In this document: in pieces, positions 13,901-25,373 of the stretch | Layout of the letters: the number at the start of each line of letters is the position of its first letter | Numbering within the stretch: the stretch's first letter is position 1 | Source of the DNA: Bugula neritina | Lineage: Eukaryota; Animalia; Bryozoa | Reading direction: 5' to 3' | Assembly (NCBI GenBank): GCA_964035545.1 | Contig: OZ037771.1 | Location: 15,099,289-15,163,288 of the forward strand | DNA: 64,000 nucleotides | Notes under the pieces: model-generated | What the model saw: only the letters and a program-made list of their open reading frames with translations | Told to the model about the DNA's origin: nothing | Database searches by the model: none | Translations under genes and position numbers: made by a program

Positions 13901-14510
13901 CAATGCAAGCGATTTTCTTGATTTCAGATAAAAATGGCAAAGGTAATAATGGCACAGGTACTAATGACACAGGTAAAAATGGCATAGGTAAAAATGGCAC
14001 ACTGATGTTAAATTTTCCCTAACTCAAACCCAAACCCCCAACTTTTAAACTCCAACCCCAACCTCAATCCTCCCTCCCCAAACCTGTAAACCCCCATTCC
14101 AAGCCCCCAGTAAACACCCCAATAAACCCCAATATTGAAAATGCGCTATTTTTACCTATGTCGCCATTTGTGCCCTTATTACCTGTGTCATTATTATCTG
14201 CACCATTTTTACCGGTGCCATTTTTACTGAACACTGCTTTTTTTATATCATTTAATCAATCTTGCTTCAATATCAAACCACATAGCATTCAAATTATTAA
14301 TTAGCGATCTAGAATTTGATTTGTTGTGATAAATCTAAACTAAGATATAGTAATGTTTACGTATACAAAATAAAGTATGAGTTTACTTACTCCTCCCTTG
14401 ATATAGTTCACTATACTGTTGATGATATGATTGGGATACTTAGGTCTATCTCTGATGTAGTCAGCACAGAGTAAAGAATCCTCATATTGAAGTGTAGTCG
14501 CTAGTGACAT
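10992..14510 (-). CDS. SAM-dependent methyltransferase MT2, 282 aa
   Basis: Exons 14510-14391, 13839-13664, 13137-12921, 11962-11850, 11382-11248, 11079-10992. Phases match MT1; motifs RPKYP, VDVGCGPG, GVDISEAQI, RVLAPGG. Confidence 0.92.
12571..12870. mobile_element. 300-bp PIF/Harbinger-type MITE in MT2 intron 3
   Basis: TIRs gccctcattcacact / agtgtgaatgagggg with TTA/TAA flanks. Empty site in MT4 near 27020; second copy at 58374. Confidence 0.8.
13336..13530 (-). mobile_element. Degenerate SINE copy in MT2 intron 2
   Basis: Colinear diverged match to 5961-6166 (tgagaa..cctgatggaaagg, gctaagg, gctcttccta, accacagctgctc). Confidence 0.7.
13920..14234. mobile_element. Foldback-like non-autonomous element with inverted arrays of a 15-bp unit, in MT2 intron 1
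   Basis: About five copies of ggtaaaaatggcaca at the left, inverted copies (tgccatttttacc) at the right, and a C-rich aaccc core. Absent from MT4 intron 1. Confidence 0.7.
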
Positions 14511-14773
14511 CTCTCTGCCTAATCCAGCGGCAATGAAATTTCAAACATGTAGATATTTGCTTATATATCAGAATGAGTAGCTCATACACACAGCTAATTT
14601 ATGCAGCCAATAATACACACAGTTAGTTAATTCGGTCACTCATGCTTATAGTTCAGTGTGTATAGCTGTGGGTAATTATTTAAGTTATGTGGCTTACAAT
14701 TGACAGTTTGTCTCCTATTGTGAAAATGTGAGAGAACAAAAGAACCTGTGTTTAGGTCACATAAAATGAGACA

Positions 14774-14887
<114 letters not shown>

Positions 14888-15149
14888 CGCTCTCATTTAA
14901 TGCTCAGCAATGACATTAAATGATTGAGCACTCTCACCATGGTCACAAACTCAAGCTGCTAGCATTTTGCAATGCTCGTGACTCCTAGGTGACCCCTAGA
15001 GTCACTTGAGCACTCTGGCTTGAGTTTACACACCTTTTAAATATGCTTTAGTAAAACTATAAGTTTTACTATTGCGAAGGTGTGAGCCATGGTACTCTGT
15101 TCTGTGCTGATGAGGGGACAAATCCCGAAACAGCTGCTGTCCACAGATT

Positions 15150-15250
<101 letters not shown>

Positions 15251-16604
15251 TATCTTGTTATAAACTGATGAGCAAGTCTTGATAACATTGATAAAAAAGT
15301 AAGACATTCCTACTAGCTGCTAGGATATTATATGGTTGACCTATTTAGAATAAAGCTCCTTATTGTTTGACAATTTGATATTGGCTAAGAATGCAGTGCT
15401 TGTCTTATTTGTTACAATTGTGATTGAAGGCTACGATGTAGAATAATTTTACTCAATTTTCTTACTTGGCAGTTTGAATAGAAACTAATTGTCATACATG
15501 ATTCATTACTCATTCTAACTGTAGTTGGAGATTAGTTTTCTGGACAAAATCTTTTGGAATTTACTCACTTTCTTTGACAAGCCATCAGAAGGTTTGTGCT
15601 CTAAAGAAAACTTTCATGTTGCGGTTATTCGTTAGAAACGTGATTCTTTTTCAAATTTACAATGAACAGACAGACTTATGTATCTGATTAAGTTATGTAA
15701 TCTTTGAAGCAATAATTAACAGAGAGCAAATGAAAAGTAAATTTGAGGGGAGCTTTTCTCAAGTTATTTATTCACATTGACATACATTTTGACAAAGCAA
15801 TTATGATCTTAGTTTTGATTAATTGAGAATACAATTTAGTTATTGTTTAAAATTATTTGCAGTAAACCAGTGAAGTTTCAAAGACATTTACAACTTGCAC
15901 TGAGAAGTAACTGCTTGAGAAGTTTTGAAATTACACGAAAAGGTGAGTTTTCTACCCATACTTATCATAGGAAAAATTGGAAACAATGTAAAAGTAAAAA
16001 CTTTGTTTGTTTCTACTAGATTTTAAATTATATGTAGTATCTATGCATGGATTAATCTCTAAAGCCACTAGTTCTGTTGAACAAGTGCAAACAGACCTTA
16101 TGAGTTGCCTTGTGTGATTATGTGAAAAAAAGCTGTAGGAAATGTACGTGCTGGAAAACATCTCCTGGTAAACTGCCACACAGTTTCACTCAGTTGCAGT
16201 CTGCCGATCTAAACATAATATATCATATTGTTATACTGTTTCAGTTATTCAGTCAACCACTCATTTGTTATCAAACGACATGTATTGGTTTTAGAGGAAT
16301 AAATTGGGCCAATGGTTATAAATTATATATTCATGAGATGAAAATTAGAGTAAAAATATAGCATACTTATTAATATTCAAAATGTTGAGTGAGTTTTTTT
16401 TTATACTGCTTTATTAAGGTTTGATATTCTGGATAAAAATCTATAAAAACAGCTGCATGAAAGACATTATCTCCTCTTGTTCAAAATTAATTAATAAAAC
16501 ACAATGCATTAATATTTTAATACAGACCTTAAGAGTACTATAAAGGTCTATAGCTTCTATCCAAGATGTAGTATTACAATAAAATACTCTACAGCTACAC
16601 TATA

Positions 16605-16806
16605 CCAGTGTCACAAAGTGTCACACAGTGTTACACAGTGCCACATATATTACCAGAGTATTCATGGTGTCACACATTGTCAAACATTGTCATCAAGCAG
16701 TGTCAGAAAGTGTGAACCCATGTCACATGGTGTTAGACAGTGTCACTCAGTGTAACACTGTGATTGATGACAGTGTGTAGCACTGTCTATAACACTATGT
16801 GACACT
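16605..16806. repeat. Degenerate ~10-bp tandem repeat (cagtgtcaca), with inverted units at the right end
   Basis: cagtgtcaca, aagtgtcaca, cagtgttaca, cagtgccaca ... tgtgacact. Confidence 0.6.
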
Positions 16807-18201
16807 ATTTGATTAAAGGTCAGTTGGAGGTCATGTATCATATCGTAAGAAAATATGTATATACTACGTGTAGGATTTTGACTCTATTGTAACCATTAAA
16901 TATTCCACTAATAGTATTTTAGTGACACCATTAGCTGGTAAATACTGTCTAGACGTAAAAACAGTGCTGAAACTTAATAAAACACAGAAACTAATGGGAA
17001 CAGTATATTATGACGTTTGTCTGTATGTTCATTACTATAGAAACATTGGTTTACTATAGTCAAAACCTACATATATATTGTGCCCTCAACTATGTTTTTT
17101 GCCTGCTGCACAGTTGTCTATACCTGTTAGCAATACACTACATGGTGATAGAGTTTTCACTTCAGCAAAACAGCTTATTAATGCATGATTGAGAAATTAT
17201 TCATATATGTACCACCAATCTATAATTACCTGTCAAGTTGTGACGTCTGCCATGATTTATATCAGATAATGAAACCCAAGTGTCCAAAATCCTGCACTGT
17301 TAACTTAATATTTATTATTGTCTCTAAAGTCAATCTCTGAGATAGTGTCTTCTAGTTCAATTCTTATTAGACACAGGTCAACCGTTGGACAAGTTGCTTT
17401 CATCACAACCAGATATATAGGGGCTGTAAGAAGTGAAAATCCTATGTAACTGTTTTCACTTAATGTTTACCTGGCTTTAGATTTACCGTAGGCTTATGCA
17501 GTTCTTTGCAACATTACAAAGAGTTTATTGAACTTCTGCTGTGAAAAAACTTTACTTGACAAATATCTGCTCCTGGAAAAGAACGTCACCAACCAAAAGC
17601 AAGAGGTAAGTCAGTCTCACTCAAATGATATACAATCACACCTCTACATCAATTTGTAACACACTAAAATATGACACCAGTGAGGATTAACTGCAAAACA
17701 CCAGCCTAAAGTTCCCTATTATAATCAAGATTATTTTGCTATTTAATGTGCTTTTGTCAAGTAGCTGTTTTTTGAGACCTAGGAATGTGCTGTAGGCGTG
17801 ACTTGTATGCAAAATTGTTAGGTATACTGCAACCTAATAGCTTAGAATATATTTCACCACAGGTTTTTTTACCCGATAATACATAGCATCTAATGTTTTG
17901 TTCTATTTTTAAAGAAGTAATAAAAAGAGGACTAACAAGGTTCACTGATACTAGGTAGATACTTACACAAATATTAGTTAGTCACAAAATAATTTGAGGG
18001 ATTATTTTAATAACTAAAAAAAATTCTCACAGTCCCAAAATCTGGCTAAAAACAACTTGGAAAAAAATTCTTTAAAGCAATAATAAATTGGCCATTGAAA
18101 AAGTATCTTCTTGTTTCTATTTCAACTAATGTTTTAGTTGCTAATATTTTGTTGGAAATAAATACTTGTTTAAAAGCTCTTCTTCTTCATAGAGTAAGAG
18201 A

Positions 18202-21200
18202 ATGCTGCCCAACAAGAGGTTTGAAGGTGCGGAAATCAGCAAGGATTATGCTACCTCTAGACCAAAATACCCGTCAACCATATTTCAGGCTATCCTAGAC
18301 TTTGTGAATGAATCGGTAAGATATTTTCTCTTAAGTTGCGTTTGTACTTCTACTAAAAAAAATTTCGAGTTTCAGCTAATAGTGCTTTTCCGAGTACTCC
18401 TTTACAGTCAAACTGAAACTCAGTGAAGTCATATTGATGCGGAAGCTTACTTTCTAAAAGTGAAATCTGACTTGCCTAATCGCTATTTGATGCCCTTTGA
18501 AAACATCGCAAATTAGTCAATTTGACAGCATAAAAGCAATAATTAAGAAAGCGTAGGCGATATGATTATTAACATATAAGTACGTCATCTAATTGACAAA
18601 GTCATAACTAAATAACGATATTTACAAGGAGTTATTATTCCTTTTATTTATTCTTCTGAACTAGGCTGATTAAGTTATCACAGTACAGAAATTTCACCAA
18701 GTGGCTTTTACAATGCAATGCAACTTGAAAAAATTTCAACTCGGCCAAATTAAATTTCTGACTGAAAATCGTGAAGGTATAAACGCAACTTTAAAGCATT
18801 TCAAAAGCTTCAAGAGGTAAATTAAAATAAATTTGTAAGAAAATAGTCGTTAGTATATTGACATTATTTTGAAGAGACAGTAAATAAACGTTAAAAATGG
18901 GGTGTTTACAAACTTCCTACTAATTAATGAAGCAGGACTAAAGATTTTCAATAAATTATGTGGACATAATTTTTAGTGGTTTAACAATAAGCAACCTGAA
19001 AGCTCCTAAAAGCTCTTAAACTTTAATTACAACATTGAACTCTAATACAATACCATTGTAAAATCAATGTTGTACAAATTGGAATTCACAGGATTCTATA
19101 AAAGTGGTAAATTATACAGCTTGCACATATTCTTGAAAGTCTTTTAAAATTTCACAAATATGTATACGAAAAAAATGTGTAATGATCTCTCAGCTGTAAG
19201 TTTAGTTACTCTTTTACTTTAACTTTCATTTTACTTGCTATGTAATCATTTTCTCAATCGTATTTGTAGTGCGAGATAGATGGCAGTAGACAAAAGCACC
19301 CTTTAGCTGTGGATGCTGGATGTGGACCAGGATTGATGTCTACAGTATTCTTAGCTCCATACTTTGATGAAGTACTTGGAGTAGACATCAGTGAGTCTCA
19401 GATAGAGCAGGCAACTCTCAACAACAAGCATGACAACATTGAATACAAGTATTTGTAATCTTATGTCTACCAATGATGAGCAAATTATATGTTTACAAGT
19501 ACTATATTCGTGGTGTAATATGAGTAAAGAGGTCAATTTTAAACAAACATACTTCATTTTTTTCGGTGACAATGCTCAAAATAGTTCATGTTTAAATTTA
19601 TATCAGACTTATGCAAAGTTTTGCTTACAAGACAATATTTTAGAGTTTCTCCAGCAGAATCCTTACCAGTAGAAGACAACTCTGTAACACTAATACAAGC
19701 TGCAGCAGCACTGCATTGGTTGTATTATGAAAAGTTCTACAAAGAATGTGACAGAGTTCTGGCTCCTGGAGGAGTTATTGCTGCTTTCAGTTATACACTA
19801 AATATCAATTTTGACCATCCAATGGCTGCAGATATTGCTGAGGTTTTCTTAGAGGTTTGGAAAGTACTTGCATATTTTTAATGCATGGTTGGTTACATTT
19901 AAAGCAATAATGCTATTTGCCAGAACCCAAATACGTCTTTAGAGTTGTCTTGTACTGTATAGACCCAAACGACGAGCCTCGCTGATGTAGAATATGCTTA
20001 GTTTATAATAATTTGACTAGATCTTGTGGACTTTCCTGGTGTTCAGAGATAAACCTGATCTGCATATGATTCCTAGCATCAACTCAATATCTTGAAAAGT
20101 TTTATCATGTTACAGCATTTTATTCTAGCTGTCAGTGTAAACTCAGTATAATCTTGATTGAGCTGTTTTGTGAATATATTTTTCCTATTGGTCACCACAA
20201 CATGGCTGATGTAGTCGGTTTAGCAGTCTCTGTTACTTCTCAGGCAGCTGCCTGACTCTTCTTTCCAAACTAGCATGACACATCATTGGGACAGCACTGT
20301 TAACAGTTTTGTTGGTTAAATGGTAGCTTACGTAGCCATTTTATTTGCCTTTAGTTTGCTATAAGCAGCGACCTTTTATTTTCTTTTTTGATAGGCCATT
20401 GCGCTATAACCCCAACTGCAAATTGCTTAACAATATGAAACTTAATTTACTTTATTTTTCTGCTGCTTTCCTAATTTATTTTACTGACTTCAATCTAAAT
20501 TCCGATCATCTAAAGTTTGAGTAGTATATGCAACAGACTAAAACGAGAAATATGCATGTACCAGTAGTTCTAATTTAGCGGCATATTTTAGTGATTAAAC
20601 ATTTTCTTGAAGAAAAACACTCTTATTTATGCTTTTGCTATTTTATTTTATGACTTTATTGTTGCATTCTAGATGAAAACAAAGCTGACTTCAGCAGATA
20701 ATCCTTATTGTGAGAAGCGAGAAAAATTAACATTGCAGAAATACACAGACAAATCTGTTCAGATACCATATATAGATAGCAAGCGGCAAGTATTGGGTTT
20801 TCTTTTATATTTGTGTAACCATTGTGTTCATTTGTTTTCAAAATTTCTTTTCTTTTTAAATTTACAATGTAAATCTGGAAAGTTTCACTTTGCTGATAAA
20901 AATTTTGTTACATTGTATATTTATTTGTAGTATTGACAATGAATACATAAAAGTATCAACAACTGTAGCAGGATTTTTGAAATTCTACAGGAGTGTGTCG
21001 TTAGTAAGGCTGTACATAAATAGCTGTCCTGAAAACATGGAATGGTGGAACACATGCTGTCAAAGGTTATGTCTTTATTATTACATTTATCATTAGGAAC
21101 TTGTATGGCATCTGCGTTAGACTTATAGTTATGTATGCAGTTGACAATAAATTGACACTATATTTTGAAGAAATCCAAACACCATTTTATGCATGACTGG

Positions 21201-21777
21201 GTTAAGTCACATTAACTTCCATCATGTTTATTCTTTAAAGAGAAAATTTATTTCAAAAGAAATCAATTGTCAAGCTATAGCCAAGTCAATAAATTAACTA
21301 AGTCGACTCAAATTAATTTGTCTTGGCATGTAAATTAAAATACCAAGTGACTAAAATATAGTAACTCATCTTTGAATTTAAACTATAATTCAAATTGAAC
21401 CTAAACAACCAGGCATAAACTTACGACACTCGAGTTTATACTGTAATACTGAATAATTAAAACCTGCAATTAGCAAAACCTAAATTTGAATTAAAATTCA
21501 TGTTTGTCTACATTTGGTTTATATATTGATATCGCAGCCTGCTAACCAAATATTCTGATAGCTAACAGCCAGTATGAATGTAAGCTGAATGTTGATAGAG
21601 TGAAATAGTAAGTGTAATAGATTATAGCTGATGGGTTTTTCGCAAGTTGGTTATTAGAATCAGATATGCATATATTACAGATTCATGGAAGCCTGTGGTA
21701 CAGCTGATCCAGAGGCTCCCTTAACTTACAGAATAGAAGCTTTCCTACTGCTGGGCCGTAAACCAAAGGTCCTATAG
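18202..21777 (+). CDS. SAM-dependent methyltransferase MT3, 282 aa (intron 4 is GC-AG)
   Basis: Exons 18202-18315, 19270-19448, 19644-19854, 20673-20785, 20931-21065, 21681-21777. Motifs RPKYP, AVDAGCGPG, GVDISESQI, AALHW, RVLAPGG, LLLGRKP. Confidence 0.9.
18334..18790. mobile_element. 457-bp MITE with TTA TSD (PIF/Harbinger-type) in MT3 intron 1
   Basis: tta|agttgcgtttgtac ... gtataaacgcaact|tta. Confidence 0.7.
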
Positions 21778-21965
21778 CTTCAGATGACTGTGAATACAAC
21801 TGAGTGTTATACTGTGGAGTGTACAAGTCTCACAATTTAAAATAACTATAACTAAGTTTTATGTAGGGTGTAAAACATACAGTGTGTAGCAAAGTATGCT
21901 ACTTTACTTTTTTATACATTTTTGCTGGCATCATATAAGTTGAAGTAATAAATACGACTTTAACA

Positions 21966-22640
<675 letters not shown>

Positions 22641-23147
22641 TATTATGACCTGCTTTAAGCATTTTTTTTAATTTCCATTTACTTTGGCAGAAAGTAAATG
22701 TTCTAGAATGTGAATGATAATTTGTTGTCTGACAGCTCCTTGTGAATACATAAAAATAAAACGCATTGGTGGAGCTTTGTAATGGCTGTTGCTTCACTGT
22801 AACAGATTAGCTGCATTTTTTAATGTGTTCCATCGCAATTAATGATTACTTTTTAATTTGTTTTAAATTGATGCTCAGATATATCATTTATTTGGCAAAA
22901 ATCGCTTTATATATTGTTATAGATACATTTATAATATATTGACGTACAATATATACAAAAAAGCGATAAGAACATTAAAAAATATTTCATTAAAAAAAGA
23001 CAAACATTCGCTTATATCAAAAGAAATAAAAACTATTTATCTCAAGCCAAAAAAGATATATATTAAACATATGATATTGATATATTAATATATCAATAGT
23101 TAATAAAATTAAATTAAATAATTATATAAATAATTATATATTGATAC

Positions 23148-23304
23148 CTTCATGAAGTTAACCATCTCTTCGAAGTTTCCTTCTTCTAACTGGCTCAAAG
23201 GTTCATTCAGTAACCTGCAGGTTTTGGTTGGTGATTCAAAGATCCAGATTGACACTGGTTGTAGAAGGAGCTACACTGAGTCATAAATTCTGTCGTTGTA
23301 CTAA
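23148..23304 (-). pseudogene. Frameshifted pseudo-exon of a PAN/Apple-like domain
   Basis: Bounded by ttgcag| and |gtatc. Reads (V)STTEFMTQCSSFYNQCQS, then a frameshift, then WIFESPTKTCRLLNEPLSQLEEGNFEEMVNFMK. Cys spacing resembles the PAN pattern C-x3-C-xn-C-x-S-x-x-F-x5/6-C-x-L, with the first Cys possibly mutated (TTT vs TGT). Confidence 0.55.
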
Positions 23305-23347
23305 CTGCAATACAATCAAATATATTGTAATTTTAATTATTGAAAAT

Positions 23348-23706
23348 TAAATAAAAGGAAGCTTTTTTGATAAATAACCATAACAAATTTGCTTGCAATA
23401 CCAAGATAAACAACAAACTCTATTTCCAAGTCTTAAATTATAGACAAAAAAGGAAAACTTTCATAGTTTCACAAATAGTTTTTCTTGAGAAAAATACTTT
23501 ACTGAATTTGATCTACTGTATAGCAAGGATGATAAACAAATCATTCTAAGTGTGACATATTTTTTCAAGTTGTATTATATAATCTTACTTCGAACTTACA
23601 TAAACATTAAATTCAACGAGCCTCCAGGACTTTCAAGATGTATGCATGTTAGGCAATGTGCAACATGTGTAATAGCTAATACGACATTAGACTAAAACAG
23701 TTTGTT
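23348..23706 (+). repeat. Duplicate of bases 1-356
   Basis: For example, caatgtgcaacatgtgtaatagctaatacgacattagactaaaacagtttgtta is identical at 303-356 and 23654-23707. Confidence 0.9.
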
Positions 23707-25373
23707 AATAAAACAGCAGGAAAAATAAACATATTGTTTTAATATGCACTTAAATGTACAATTAATTATAATTTTAAAGTCTATCTCGTAGACTTCAGGT
23801 AAACATTTTCAATCTCAGAGCTTAAATATCTTTCGATGTACTCCTCTGTCTTATCCATGCAAGTTCTATTATACACCCATCATGTTGTTTATACTCCTCA
23901 CTGAGTACATCCTCAAGCTGCATTTTCTGTCACTGCCTAAGTTTGTAATTGTGTGCCTTCTACAATAATTAAGGGTGAATGAATGGTTAATTAATAAATT
24001 CAGACTTGGGCTATGCTTATATTTTTCTCCTTTTAATTGCCGATTTTCACCTGCAAATATTTAGGGTTTTAGAGCTCAAAATTGTTTAGACTTTATTTAT
24101 ATGTCGGTAAGTTTAGATATTCTATTCTCTGCGCACAAAAACTTCCTATTACTTAGTACAATATTACTTTCCTCATAACCAAACAAGTTCTTATGATTAT
24201 TATCTCAATGGATGATAACTTTAAAACTCTAAAATTCGTTGATTGCAAAATTATCTTCAGCATAGATGTGAAACATAATATATAGAATATGTAATATATT
24301 CGTTACATAACCGAGTGAATGTAAGAAATGGAGCAGGACAGGCAATTGTCCAAATAAAAGTTGCAAAAAATATTATGAAAAACAATGAATTTCCTAAAAC
24401 TAAAGCTATGAGTATAATTGCTGAATTTTTTAAGCTTTCAGCATTCAATTATTGTTTAGGCTTAGAAGCAATGTTGAATTACCGATACCATTTACACTTT
24501 TTCTTTTAATCAAGTTAAAAACATGATGCAGCAATAAAGCATAAATTAAAGTTCATCTATAAAATTACCTATTCACATGTTAGCGAAATGAGAATACAAA
24601 ACAGGGGTGGGGTCTCAAATACTCTTCTTTTACTATTTACTCGTGCGCAAAGATGTAGTTTTTGGTCCAACATGGATCATAATTTGGTATTTAGGGTTAA
24701 AGGTTAGTTACTTCGCAATAATATATGTAGAATACTTCATGCTAAGAATAGCTGCTAAGTTATATCTGTTTAAAAATTAAACTGCGGGTGTGCATCCACT
24801 CATAGGAATAATGCATGTTATAATTGCATTCCTTAATGTGACAGATACTTTTCTCATCCAAATTGTTGATGTGCGCGTAACTAGGTCAATATATGCAAAT
24901 GGGCTGCGGATATATAACATAGCTAGCAAATATAAATCAATCGTTTGTCTGACAAACAAGATTTCAGTATCTCCGTAATGACTGATTCACAATCAAAAGC
25001 CAAGTTATATGTAGTGCCACATGCATGCACATCCAGTACTGGCACACCGTGCACTTCTGCTGCGACCTACATGTATGAATAGAGACACACATACACACAC
25101 GCATATATGTATATTGTCAAAAATTTTATATAACAGTGAAAACCTGAAACTTGTTTTGTTTAATTTAGGATTCTTTGTTTCATTAATTATCTTTATTACA
25201 ACATATATAAGTTTTGAGCTTAAAGAGATTCAGATGTATAAAACATTACTTGGGTATTTTATGCACAGCAGTAGTTGCGGTTTGCTGAATAAATTTCTAT
25301 ATTTTACACTTTTCAACTAGAAAGGTTTAATGCAAGTTATAAAATGAAAATAACCAACACATATATGCAATGT

